From NCBI GenBank assembly GCA_026398255.1, contig JAPLTG010000007.1, forward strand, positions 41,786-105,785: a stretch of 64,000 nucleotides of DNA. Direction: 5' to 3'. Within the stretch, counting starts at the first letter, position 1. Every line of letters begins with the position of its first letter. The position numbers were made by a program, and so were the translations under genes. The stretch is from Verrucomicrobiota bacterium (GTDB lineage Bacteria; Verrucomicrobiota; Verrucomicrobiia; Chthoniobacterales; Terrimicrobiaceae). Positions 37,436 through 50,303 of this stretch are shown piece by piece. The notes beneath the pieces are model-generated. The model ran no database searches and was not told the origin of the DNA. It saw nothing but the letters and a program-made list of their open reading frames with translations.

Positions 37436-38296
37436 TCAGCGGCTCCGCCCGTCGAACCACTCTTCGATGTCGCTAATCACCAACTCGCGATCCCAATCGT
37501 GCCAGAGAAGGTGGTAGGCATCGGAATACAGTCGGTGGGTTTTGTCAGCCGAGGGAATGCGCTCGAACCACGATGAAATTTGCTCCGGTTTCACGAAGCA
37601 ATCCTTCCCCGCAGATAGCACCAACGCCGGCCGCCGAAGTCGCTCGGCCAAGCGGTGGCTGCCATCGATCAACTCTCCCAGCTCGGCTAGAAACCCCAGG
37701 CTGAAACCCCGCAAGTGGTGAGGTTTTTTGCGCAGCGATTCTTGATACTCCGTGTCTCGCGTGAGCGGTGGGGCGATTTTTTTGCCATTCACAAATCGAC
37801 TCGGTGACAATCGGGCCTTCGGAAAATGACGGGCTAAAAAGGCGAGAGCCGTTTTGAGAAATCGCGGCACCTCCCTTTGCAATCCCACCACAGGAACTGA
37901 GAGGACCACGCCATCGATTTCGGCCTCGGGCGGTAGGGTGTCGCGTGCGGCATAGGCCGTGGACAGCAAGGCCCCCATGCTCTCACCCATTAGAAAAACA
38001 GGCCGCCCCTCGTGCGCTCGGCGCAGGGCAGCAACAAATCGCCCGATGTCGAGGAGTTGGGTTTCCAGGTCCAGAGTCATCCCCCGCCGCGCCACCACGG
38101 GATCGCTCCCCTGCCCCCTCAGATCCAGTGCGTAAAAGGAATACCGGCCCAGCCTTGCCGGAAGTGGATGGAATTGCTCACCAGACCCACTCAGGCCATG
38201 AATGCAGGCCACGACAGCACGCGGGTTCTCGGCCCGCCACGCATGGGCCTCTCGATTTTCTCCATCATGTGTCCGCCATGGAAATCTCATTGTCAT
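37436..38296 (-). CDS. Alpha/beta hydrolase (lysophospholipase/monoglyceride lipase-like)
   Basis: Contains HGLSGSG and the nucleophile elbow GESMG. Start tentatively moved to the ATG at 38296. Confidence 0.7.
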   Translation of the reverse strand: MTMRFPWRTHDGENREAHAWRAENPRAVVACIHGLSGSGEQFHPLPARLGRYSFYALDLRGQGSDPVVARRGMTLDLETQLLDIGRFVAALRRAHEGRPVFLMGESMGALLSTAYAARDTLPPEAEIDGVVLSVPVVGLQREVPRFLKTALAFLARHFPKARLSPSRFVNGKKIAPPLTRDTEYQESLRKKPHHLRGFSLGFLAELGELIDGSHRLAERLRRPALVLSAGKDCFVKPEQISSWFERIPSADKTHRLYSDAYHLLWHDWDRELVISDIEEWFDGRSR

Positions 38297-38324
38297 TTTC
38301 CACCGACGCGATAGACCCGCGCCC

Positions 38325-38831
38325 ATGAAGCTCTTCGCCGCCGTTTTCTTGTTTCACGCCATTGCCGCATTCGCGACCGAAATTGATCTCGCCCTGATCC
38401 AATTTCCAGAACCAAAAACCGCCGAAGCCCTCAACGAGGCCTTGGCCAAAGTAAATCTCGCCGAGATCACAAACTCCAACCGCACGATGACCAAAGAGCG
38501 CGCTTTGCAAAACGGTTCCGTCCTCTTTGCCCAAAGCACCGCCGCATCGAATCTTGTCTCGTCCACTCGCTTGGAAAACCTCCGCGCCGATGTCTCGGGT
38601 TCTTACAAAAATGGTCGCCTCGAAGTTCAAATCACCCTTTCCGAAGGCGTGGACTCAGGCTTACGAAACTTCACGAAGCGCACCTACCAAGGAGCCGCCG
38701 AACTCCCGCCCGGCACCACCCGCGTGATCTCCCTCCGCCTTATCACGACTAAAAAAACCGCCGCCGAGAAAGGCCGTATCGAGGTCCGCGAATTGGAAAC
38801 CACCACCGCGATCATCGCCCGCGCCCGTTGA
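38325..38831 (+). CDS. Secreted hypothetical protein (168 aa)
   Basis: Signal-like N-terminus MKLFAAVFLFHAIAAFA. No recognisable motif. Start moved to the ATG at 38325. Confidence 0.5.
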   Translation: MKLFAAVFLFHAIAAFATEIDLALIQFPEPKTAEALNEALAKVNLAEITNSNRTMTKERALQNGSVLFAQSTAASNLVSSTRLENLRADVSGSYKNGRLEVQITLSEGVDSGLRNFTKRTYQGAAELPPGTTRVISLRLITTKKTAAEKGRIEVRELETTTAIIARAR

Positions 38832-39140
38832 TTCGACCCTCCTCACAACTTGTGAGCAACTTGTCGATTGCTTGCGGTTCTTGCCAAAAACTCGGTTGCC
38901 GCGGCGGTTTCTCCACATCGTTTCTCGCCGCCTCATCTTTTCTTCACAGGTTGTCACAGGCGTGGAACGCCGACTGGTTCTGCGAGGAACAGGTTTTCGC
39001 CGGCTTGTTCACATCCTTAAGAAGAAGATTCTGGGTTCCCTAAAAATTATTTTCTTAATACAGCGTGTGAACAACCGCTCCGCGCGTTCGGTAAACGAAA
39101 GACTTTTTCTCCCGCAAGATCACTCCTAGCATTCCTCGTC

Positions 39141-40118
39141 ATGCAACCCGGTCCCGTTTCGCAATTCATCGATCTCCACTACCGCCACTTCAATGCCGCC
39201 GCACTCAAAGACGCCGCGGAAGCCTACTCGCGCCACCTCGATAAGGGAGGCATCATGCTCATGACCCTCGCTGGCGCCATGAGCACGGCCGAGCTGGGCA
39301 TTTCCCTCGCTGAAATGATCCGCCAAGGAAAAGTCCACGGCATCGTCTGCACCGGCGCCAACCTCGAAGAAGACATCTTCAATCTCGTCGCCCACGATTT
39401 CTACGAACGCATCCCGCACTACCGCGACCTCACCCCTGCCGATGAGCAAGCCCTCCTCGAGCGCCACATGAACCGCGTCACCGATACCTGCATTCCCGAA
39501 ATGGAAGCCATGCGCCGCATCGAAAATGTCATCCTCAAAGAGTGGATGGACGCCGACGCCAAGGGGGAGCGCCTTTTCCCGCACGAATTTTTCTGGCGCA
39601 TCCTTGACTCGCCCGAACTCCAAAAAAGTTTCCAGATCGATCCGAAAAACAGCTGGATGATCGCCGCGAAGGAAAAAAATCTCCCCATGTTCGTCCCCGG
39701 CTGGGAGGACTCCACGCTCGGCAACATGTATGCTGGCCACTGCATCGAAGGAGATGTGAAAAATGTCCACACCGTCCGCTCCGGCATCGAATACATGATC
39801 GCCCTCGCCGACTGGTATGCCCCCACCAGTTTCAAAACCCCCATCGGGTTCTTCCAAATCGGCGGCGGCATCGCCGGCGACTTCCCCATCTGCGTCGTCC
39901 CCATGCTCCACCAGGACCTCCGCAAGACCGATGTCCCCCTCTGGGCCTACTTCTGCCAAATCAGCGACTCGACCACGAGCTACGGCAGCTACTCCGGCGC
40001 CGTCCCCAATGAAAAAATCACCTGGGGCAAACTCGGCGAACAAACTCCGAAATTCATCATCGAATCCGACGCCACCATCGTCGCGCCTTTGATTTTCGCA
40101 AAGATTCTGGGTTGGTAA
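39141..40118 (+). CDS. Deoxyhypusine synthase-like (homospermidine synthase-like) protein
   Basis: Contains MTLAGAMSTAELGISLAEMIRQGKVHGIVCTGANLEEDIFNLV, typical of the DS family. Confidence 0.8.
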   Translation: MQPGPVSQFIDLHYRHFNAAALKDAAEAYSRHLDKGGIMLMTLAGAMSTAELGISLAEMIRQGKVHGIVCTGANLEEDIFNLVAHDFYERIPHYRDLTPADEQALLERHMNRVTDTCIPEMEAMRRIENVILKEWMDADAKGERLFPHEFFWRILDSPELQKSFQIDPKNSWMIAAKEKNLPMFVPGWEDSTLGNMYAGHCIEGDVKNVHTVRSGIEYMIALADWYAPTSFKTPIGFFQIGGGIAGDFPICVVPMLHQDLRKTDVPLWAYFCQISDSTTSYGSYSGAVPNEKITWGKLGEQTPKFIIESDATIVAPLIFAKILGW

Positions 40119-40125
40119 AAAATGA

Positions 40126-40219
40126 TTAACCACAGAGGACACAGAGAGCACAGAGGGCTAAAAAACATGAACTCCCAACTCCTCTTCTTCTCCGTGTCCT
40201 CCGAGCTCTCCGTGGTTAA
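40126..40219. repeat. CACAGAG-triplet inverted-repeat hairpin (degenerate copy)
   Basis: Left arm TTAACCACAGAGGACACAGAGAGCACAGAGG (40126-40156). Right arm CTTCTCCGTGTCCTCCGAGCTCTCCGTGGTTAA (40187-40219). The outer TTAACCAC/GTGGTTAA pair is perfect and the inner part is about 70% complementary. Confidence 0.7.
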
Positions 40220-40240
40220 GAAATCCTCACAGAGATAACC

Positions 40241-41134
40241 ATGCACATCCGCGACATTCTCCAGCCCGGCAAGCCGACCGTATCCTTCGAGTTCTTCCCA
40301 CCGAAGACGGCGGAGTCTCAGGACCAGCTCTACACAACGATTCGGGACTTGGAAAAAATCCACCCGAACTTTGTCAGCGTCACCTACGGCGCCGGCGGCT
40401 CGACGCGCGAACTCACCCACGAACTCGTCCTGCGGCTCAAGACCTCCTCGACGCTCGATCCGATTCCCCACCTCACTTGCGTCGGCCACACGGAGGCGGA
40501 GATCGCCGCGATTCTTGAACGCTACGCCGCCGCCGGAGTGAGCAATATCCTAGCCCTCCGCGGGGACCCGCCGCGCGACCAACCCGACTACGACCACTCC
40601 CGCGATATGTTTCCTCAAGCGGCGGATCTGGTTCGCTTCATCAAAAAATTCAGTGCTCACCCCGACAAGCGAGGATTTGGCATCGGCGTCGCGGGATTTC
40701 CCGAAGGCCATCCGGCCACGCCAAACCGCTTGCTCGAAATGGACTACCTCAAAGCCAAGGTGGGAGCGGGAGCGGACTACATCTGCACCCAGCTTTTCTT
40801 CGACAACCACGACTTCTATGACTTCCGGGACCGCTGCGCCCTCGCGGGTATCGAAGCACCGATCATCGCCGGAATCATGCCGGTCACCAGCCTCTCTTCG
40901 ATGAAGCGCATGGCTGAACTCGCCGGCGGCTCGCGCTTTCCCGCCAAACTCCTCAAAGCCCTCCAGCGCGCCAACGGCACCCCCGAAGCCGTTCGCGAAA
41001 TCGGCCTCCACTACGCGACCGAACAGTGCGCCGATCTCCTCGACAACGGCGTTGCCGGCATCCACCTCTACACGCTGAATCAATCCACGGCGACCCGCGA
41101 AATTTGCCAACGGCTTGGGCTCGTTCAAGGGTAG
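40241..41134 (+). CDS. metF: Methylenetetrahydrofolate reductase
   Basis: Contains VSFEFFPPKT...VSVTYGAGGSTR...AGFPEGH. Confidence 0.9.
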   Translation: MHIRDILQPGKPTVSFEFFPPKTAESQDQLYTTIRDLEKIHPNFVSVTYGAGGSTRELTHELVLRLKTSSTLDPIPHLTCVGHTEAEIAAILERYAAAGVSNILALRGDPPRDQPDYDHSRDMFPQAADLVRFIKKFSAHPDKRGFGIGVAGFPEGHPATPNRLLEMDYLKAKVGAGADYICTQLFFDNHDFYDFRDRCALAGIEAPIIAGIMPVTSLSSMKRMAELAGGSRFPAKLLKALQRANGTPEAVREIGLHYATEQCADLLDNGVAGIHLYTLNQSTATREICQRLGLVQG

Positions 41135-41137
41135 ATT

Positions 41138-41160
41138 TTGTGCCACGCGGCACAATTTTT
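41138..41160 (+). terminator. Rho-independent terminator of metF
   Basis: TTGTGCC-ACGC-GGCACAA followed by TTTTT, starting 4 nt after the metF stop. Confidence 0.6.
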
Positions 41161-41170
41161 GCGCCAAAAT

Positions 41171-41185
41171 GTGACATTGTGTCAC
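41171..41185. promoter_or_regulatory. 15-nt palindrome GTGACATTGTGTCAC upstream of dnaK (candidate operator)
   Basis: Perfect 6+3+6 palindrome located 120 nt upstream of the dnaK ATG. Confidence 0.2.
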
Positions 41186-41248
41186 GAATCTGTGAGTTTC
41201 GTGATTCCACACTGGCAACACAACCCGCTTTCATACAAAATATAGTAA

Positions 41249-43237
<1,989 letters not shown>

Positions 43238-43327
43238 TCCGCTCACCACTTTAACAAAATGCTCCGGTCCGCACAGGGCTGGAGCCTGTTAAAAACAGAA
43301 ACAAAGAAAACAAAACACACACCAACA

Positions 43328-43624
43328 ATGGCAAATCCCAACATCAAACCTCTCTCCGATCGCGTGCTCGTGAAGCCGCTCGAAGCCGAGGAGAAAAGCA
43401 AGGGCGGAATCATCATTCCCGACTCCGCTAAAGAAAAACCACAAGAAGCCCAAGTCGTAGCTCTCGGCACAGGCAAACGCGACGAAAACGGCAAACTCAT
43501 CGAGTTCTCCGTCAAGGCCGGCGACAAAGTCCTCATCTCCAAATACGGCGGAACCGAGGTCAAGGTCGAAGGCGAAAGCTACCTCATCATGCGCGAGGAC
43601 GACATCCTCGGCGTCATCGGCTAA
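43328..43624 (+). CDS. groES: Co-chaperonin GroES
   Basis: Starts [38 protein letters not shown]. Start moved to the ATG at 43328. Confidence 0.95.
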   Translation: MANPNIKPLSDRVLVKPLEAEEKSKGGIIIPDSAKEKPQEAQVVALGTGKRDENGKLIEFSVKAGDKVLISKYGGTEVKVEGESYLIMREDDILGVIG

Positions 43625-43649
43625 TCGAAACTCAAAACTTAATTCTTAA

Positions 43650-45308
<1,659 letters not shown>

Positions 45309-45345
45309 GTCCAGCCACTCAGGCGCCAAGCCAAACTCAACAACT

Positions 45346-45382
45346 CAGCCGGGTTCGCAAGAACCCGGCTGTTTTGTTTCTT
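45346..45382 (+). terminator. Rho-independent terminator of groESL
   Basis: Perfect 11-bp stem CAGCCGGGTTC-GCAA-GAACCCGGCTG followed by TTTTGTTTCTT. Confidence 0.75.
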
Positions 45383-45619
45383 CCCTCGTAGCGGAATTCG
45401 AAACGACTTTCGAAGGCGGTCCGAAGTCTGCCGGAATGTTGTAGCCGCCCCACTCCGGTGGGGCGTATCGAGCGGCTGCGCCGCGATGCGTGGCATGGAA
45501 TGTGAAAGAACAGTCGTTGAGACATTCCAGCGATTAGCGCAGGCGCTCTTTCGCTAGAACGGCACGCCTTGCCGCTTGCCTTCGCGGCGGCTCGGGGTTT
45601 TTCTAGCACTCTTACGCCT

Positions 45620-47602
45620 ATGAATCTCGATACCACCTCTCTCGAACTCGCCGCGCGCGATGCCCGCGGTCTCGCCATGGATGCCGTCGCCAAATGCAAA
45701 TCCGGTCACCTCGGTCTCCCACTCGGAGCTGCCGACATCGGAGCCGCGCTCTTCGGAGCGTCCATGTCCTTCCACCCCGCCGAGCCGCGCTGGCTGAACC
45801 GCGACCGCTTTATCCTCTCCGCAGGCCACGGCAGCATGTTCCTTTACGGCTGGCTGCATCTCGCAGGTTACGGCGTGTCGTTGGACGATCTGAAAAATTT
45901 CCGCCAACTCCATAGCATCACGCCGGGTCATCCGGAGTTTCACGAAACGCCAGGCGTCGAGGCGACCACCGGCCCGCTCGGACAGGGCGTGTCGAACGCG
46001 GTGGGTTTTGCGATTTCCGGCAAAATGAGCGAGGCGCGTTTCAACACGCCGACGCACCGGATTTTCGACCACCATGTGATCGCGCTAGCGGGTGATGGTT
46101 GCTTGCAAGAAGGCGTGGCGCAGGAAGCCAGCGCGCTCGCCGGCCACCTCGGCCTCGACAACCTCATCCTTATTTATGATTCCAACAATGTGACGCTCGA
46201 TGCGATGGCGCCGGTGTCGCAGAGCGAGGACACGGCCGCTCGCTATGTGGCCCTGGGATGGGATGTCCAGCAGATCGACGGCCACAACCTTTCGGAAATC
46301 GCCAACGCCGTCGCGAAGGCCAAGGCGGCCAACAGCGGAAAGCCGCAACTCATCGTCGCCAAGACGATCATCGGGAAAGGCATCGCTGAAGTGTGCGGCA
46401 CGAACAAGGCCCACGGTGAAGCGGGCGTGAAATTCGTTGCCGAATCTCGCAAGGCACTCGGCCTGCCCGAGGAGACCTTTTTTGTCGCGCCGGAGACGAA
46501 AGTCTATTTCGAAAAACACCGCGCGACCCTAACCGCCGCCCATGCCGCTTGGGAAAAAACCTACTCCGCCTGGCGCTCCGCCAACGCGGAACTCGCCAAG
46601 GAACTCGACGACGCCATCGCTGGCAAAGCCCCTGACCTGCTCGCTGCCATCCCTCCATTCGATCCGGCGGTGAACATCGCCACCCGGAAAGCCGGCTCCG
46701 ATGTGCTCCAACCCATCTGCGCCGCCATGCCGCTTGTAACCAGCGGCAGCGCCGATCTCCACGGTTCGACGCTGAACTACATTAAGGACGGCGGCGACTT
46801 CAACCGCGAGAACCGCAGCGGCCGCAACCTGCATTTCGGCATCCGCGAGCACGCCATGTGCGGCATCATGAATGGCATCGCTTACGACGGCATCTTCCGA
46901 GCGAGCGGCGCGACATTCCTCGTCTTCAGCGATTACGGCCGCCCATCGATCCGCGTCGCCGCGTTGTCGAAGCTCCCGACCGTTTACATTTTCACGCACG
47001 ACTCAGTAGGCGTTGGCGAGGACGGCCCGACCCACGAACCGGTGGAAACTGTCGCCGCCCTCCGCGCCATCCCAGGTCTCGATGTGATTCGTCCCGCCGA
47101 TCCCGAGGAAACCGCCGGTGCCTTTGCTGCCGCATTCCAGAAAAATGACGGCCCGACGATGCTTGTTCTCTGTCGCCAAAATCTCCCCACGCTCAATGGA
47201 ATCCCTCTCCAGGAGCGGCGCGAGGGCGTTCTTCGCGGCGGCTACATCGCTAAAAAGGAATCCGCCAAACTCGAGACCATCCTTCTCGCCACAGGCAGCG
47301 AACTCCAACACGCCCTCAAAGCCGCCGACGAACTCGGCGCGGGAACGCGCGTTGTTTCGATGCCTTGCTTCGAGCGCTTCGAGCGCCAGTGTGCCGACTA
47401 CAAAGAAAGCGTCCTGCCGAAATCCTGCCGCAAACGCGTCTCGATCGAAGCTGGCATTTCCGATCCGTGGTTCCGATATGTCGGCCTCGATGGAAAAGCC
47501 GTCGCCATCGACCGCTTCGGCCTCAGCGCGCCAGGCAATGTCGTGATGGAACAACTCGGCATGACCGCCGCCAAAGTGGTCGAGGCCGCGAAGTCGCTTT
47601 GA
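45620..47602 (+). CDS. tkt: Transketolase
   Basis: Contains [14 protein letters not shown]...[12 protein letters not shown]...GDGCLQEG...[15 protein letters not shown]. Start moved to the ATG at 45620. Confidence 0.93.
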   Translation: MNLDTTSLELAARDARGLAMDAVAKCKSGHLGLPLGAADIGAALFGASMSFHPAEPRWLNRDRFILSAGHGSMFLYGWLHLAGYGVSLDDLKNFRQLHSITPGHPEFHETPGVEATTGPLGQGVSNAVGFAISGKMSEARFNTPTHRIFDHHVIALAGDGCLQEGVAQEASALAGHLGLDNLILIYDSNNVTLDAMAPVSQSEDTAARYVALGWDVQQIDGHNLSEIANAVAKAKAANSGKPQLIVAKTIIGKGIAEVCGTNKAHGEAGVKFVAESRKALGLPEETFFVAPETKVYFEKHRATLTAAHAAWEKTYSAWRSANAELAKELDDAIAGKAPDLLAAIPPFDPAVNIATRKAGSDVLQPICAAMPLVTSGSADLHGSTLNYIKDGGDFNRENRSGRNLHFGIREHAMCGIMNGIAYDGIFRASGATFLVFSDYGRPSIRVAALSKLPTVYIFTHDSVGVGEDGPTHEPVETVAALRAIPGLDVIRPADPEETAGAFAAAFQKNDGPTMLVLCRQNLPTLNGIPLQERREGVLRGGYIAKKESAKLETILLATGSELQHALKAADELGAGTRVVSMPCFERFERQCADYKESVLPKSCRKRVSIEAGISDPWFRYVGLDGKAVAIDRFGLSAPGNVVMEQLGMTAAKVVEAAKSL

Positions 47603-47730
47603 GAATAGTCCACCCGATGATTAGCGAGGAGGGCTCTGCTTGTCAGAGCCGCAACAGCGAGGTTGCGAAAGCCGCCGCGGGCCTGACAAACAGGCCCCTC
47701 CTTCGTTTCCGCAGGTTTTTTTCATAACTG

Positions 47731-48459
47731 ATGCCTTCGTTGAACGACCGCGACATGGTTCGGCTCCAAGCTGAGGAATTCGAGTCCGCCAGCTTGCGGG
47801 AAATCCTTGGGTGGGCCTGGGAAACCTTCGGCGAGCGCGCGGCCTTTGGAACAAGCTTCCAAGGGGCTGGCCTCGTTGCCATGCACACGGCCTACACGAA
47901 CGGATTCCGCTTTCCCGTTTTCACCATCGACACGGGCCTGCTTTTTCCCGAGACGCTCGAATTGAAAACGCAGATCGAATCGCGCTTGGGTTTCACGATT
48001 GAATCCCTGCACCCCGAACAAACCGTCACCGAACAGGCCGCCGAACTCGGTCCCGAGCTTTGGAAATCCAAGCCCGATCTCTGCTGCTCGCTTCGCAAAG
48101 TCATTCCACTCCAAAAAAAACTCGCCTCGCTTGATGTCTGGATCACCGGCCTCCGCCGCCAGCAAAACGACACGCGGGAGAACATCCGGATCGTCGAGCT
48201 CTACCACTTCGATGTCCTGCGCGATCGCTACATCATCAAATTGAATCCCATGGCCTCATGGTCCCGCGATCAAGTGCAGGCCTACATCCGCGAGCACGAC
48301 TTCCCCGTCAACGCCCTCGCCGCGCGCGGCTATCGTTCGATCGGTTGCCAACCCTGCACACGCCCCGTCGCCGACGGCGAAAGCGAGCGCGCCGGCCGCT
48401 GGACCGGCTTCGACAAAAGCGAATGCGGCATCCACACCTTCCTCGGGAGCAATATTTGA
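47731..48459 (+). CDS. cysH: Adenylyl-/phosphoadenylyl-sulfate reductase (thioredoxin-dependent, Fe-S type)
   Basis: Contains VFTIDTGLLFPET, the CC...CxxC cluster Cys residues (DLCCSLRKV, GCQPCT) and a terminal ECGIH. Confidence 0.88.
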   Translation: MPSLNDRDMVRLQAEEFESASLREILGWAWETFGERAAFGTSFQGAGLVAMHTAYTNGFRFPVFTIDTGLLFPETLELKTQIESRLGFTIESLHPEQTVTEQAAELGPELWKSKPDLCCSLRKVIPLQKKLASLDVWITGLRRQQNDTRENIRIVELYHFDVLRDRYIIKLNPMASWSRDQVQAYIREHDFPVNALAARGYRSIGCQPCTRPVADGESERAGRWTGFDKSECGIHTFLGSNI

Positions 48460-48473
48460 CGCCGACCGAGGGA

Positions 48474-48586
48474 TTGACCACAGAGGACACAGAGAGCACA
48501 GAGTTTTTCTAACGGAATTGTTTTATGCGAAATTCCTCCCTCAAAGCTCTTCTCCCCTCCGTGTGCTCTGTGTCCTCTGTGGTCAA
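48474..48586. repeat. CACAGAG-triplet inverted-repeat hairpin (best-preserved copy)
   Basis: TTGACCACAGAGGACACAGAG (48474-48494) is the exact reverse complement of CTCTGTGTCCTCTGTGGTCAA (48566-48586). The arms continue imperfectly inward to 48503 and 48557. Confidence 0.85.
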
Positions 48587-48595
48587 TTCTTCTAA

Positions 48596-49285
48596 ATGAT
48601 CCTCGAGCTTTTGGAGTGGGCAGTGACACCCTGTCCGTGGTTCGCGCGAAGGAATGGATTGCTCGCCGCTCAGATTGGCATTCGCCATCGCGTGAAACGC
48701 TGCCGAGCGACTTGGAATGGACATCTGGAGGCATGCAGAAAATTTGTCGCCGACGCAGTCGGATCCAGAACTGCTGACGAAAACCTCGTGATTCTCGGGA
48801 GTGGACACCTGAACGATTTCGACCTCGCATTTCTTCAACGCCGTTTTCAAAAAATCACGCTCGTCGATGCGCTCCATCCGATCGAAATTCAAATCCAAGC
48901 GAGTCTTTCCCGAGGCCGCCTTCGCCTGATCACGACCGATCTCTCCAGCCCCACCGCCGAGATCGAGGATTTGGTTTCGCGTTCGAGTTGGACCATTTCA
49001 AGCTGCCTGCTTTCCCAGCTCCCGCTCTTTTCCAATGAGGACTCCCCCGCCCTCTTCGATCGACACCTTGCGCTTTTGCAAAAATCTCCCCGCGCCGTGC
49101 TCATCAGCGATGTCGCGAAACGCCTCGGCTCCGCCCCTTGGGAATCATTGATCGAAAACCATCCCCTCCCCCACCCCGCCGCCGAGTGGTCATGGCTCAT
49201 CTCCCCGCCCGGCGAGTCCGTCCCCGATCCCGAAGAACGCCTCGTCCAAGCCTGCTTGATGCACTCGGACCCTTCAGACAGTTGA
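48596..49285 (+). CDS. Hypothetical protein (229 aa)
   Basis: Long ORF with host-like GC and no family recognised. Its last ~30 codons have a diverged duplicate at 52455-52544. Confidence 0.55.
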   Translation: MILELLEWAVTPCPWFARRNGLLAAQIGIRHRVKRCRATWNGHLEACRKFVADAVGSRTADENLVILGSGHLNDFDLAFLQRRFQKITLVDALHPIEIQIQASLSRGRLRLITTDLSSPTAEIEDLVSRSSWTISSCLLSQLPLFSNEDSPALFDRHLALLQKSPRAVLISDVAKRLGSAPWESLIENHPLPHPAAEWSWLISPPGESVPDPEERLVQACLMHSDPSDS

Positions 49286-49290
49286 TCTCC

Positions 49291-49316
49291 CGCAGAGGCG
49301 CATCGATGCAGAGGGG
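49291..49316 (+). repeat. Left arm, CGCAGAG-triplet type, bounding the low-GC island
   Basis: CGCAGAGGCGCATCGATGCAGAGGGG. It shares CGCAGAGGCGCA...GCAGAG with the arm at 13354 and starts 5 nt after the stop of the 48596 ORF. Confidence 0.7.
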
Positions 49317-49811
49317 AGATTTTGGGTTGGGAGTTTTTCGATGGCCGGAATTCAATTTAATATCTGGTCCACCTGTAAATGTCCTATCGGCATTTTTAGG
49401 ATGTCGGCCGAAATGATCTCTCGATTCCTCCAAAAACTCGGTCGCGCGATCCGCCAATTTCTCCCCCCAAGCCGCTCTGCAAGGGACTCCCCTCACCAAT
49501 CTGAATTTCGCTTTTGAACCATTAACACAACTTCCACCCAGTCGGCGATCGCAGGAAAATCTCCCGCTTAGGCGCAGGAATCTTGAGTGATGGGCCCCCT
49601 ATCTCAATAGTCCCCGCCGAGCGGACCCAAGTTTCAAGCGCGAACACTCCATTTCTTTTCAATCTCCCGCTGAGCACGCGAGGTGCAGAGGAAGGGATTT
49701 TCGAATTGTCCAAGATTTTGCGTGGCTGCACCGGTGCCCTTAATCAAAAAAAATCTTGTGATTCCAGAAATCCCACACATAAACTGCTGTTATTAAGCTT
49801 AACCGGAATAC

Positions 49812-50276
49812 ATGTTCACCTACCGCGATAAACAATCAACTCGTCACAGCCGCATACGATCTTTTTTGAAAACCGATCCGTTTGTGGCAGTGATTCTATC
49901 GGCTATCGATTTTGAATGGACAGTCCGGAGGGCGATCCTAGGTCTCTCAGGATTGCCCACAAAACCAATTCATGAAATTTTCAAAAGTGAGCGTTCAGGC
50001 GGTCTCTCTGGACTCCAAAATCACTGGAAAAAGCTTGTCAAGTCGCGGCTCGGCTCCGATCTCGCATCGATCGTCCCCAACTGGGAATTTTTTTCTAATC
50101 GTGCCTTTGGGTTAAGAAATAAGTTAGTCCATGGAGCTGAGGGCAGAGTTACCCCAGAGCATGCAGGGAAAATCGTTGATTCGATTCTCGCCGGTTCAGT
50201 TGCTGTTGCGAATTATGCCGAAGCTAACAATGCGACCATCTTTGGAAAGAAAATCAGGCGCTTGAAGACCAGATAA
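49812..50276 (+). CDS. Hypothetical protein, putative HEPN-fold (Rx4H) domain
   Basis: 154 aa and predicted helical by composition. It contains AFGLRNKLVHG, with R102-x4-H107 (nt 50115-50132), the spacing of the HEPN RNase motif. The assignment rests on this motif only. Confidence 0.5.
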   Translation: MFTYRDKQSTRHSRIRSFLKTDPFVAVILSAIDFEWTVRRAILGLSGLPTKPIHEIFKSERSGGLSGLQNHWKKLVKSRLGSDLASIVPNWEFFSNRAFGLRNKLVHGAEGRVTPEHAGKIVDSILAGSVAVANYAEANNATIFGKKIRRLKTR

Positions 50277-50303
50277 TCATAAAATCTGAAATTCGATTTC
50301 TCT

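Noticed and set aside
49320-49811. Possible degraded integrase/recombinase between the island's left arm and the first cargo gene (minus-strand ORFs 49197..49499 and 49522..49731)
   Set aside because: I recognise no recombinase motifs (no R..H..R..Y or Ser-recombinase signature) in any frame, and the ORFs are short and discontinuous. It is left as non-coding or degenerate. A tblastn/HMM search could revisit this.
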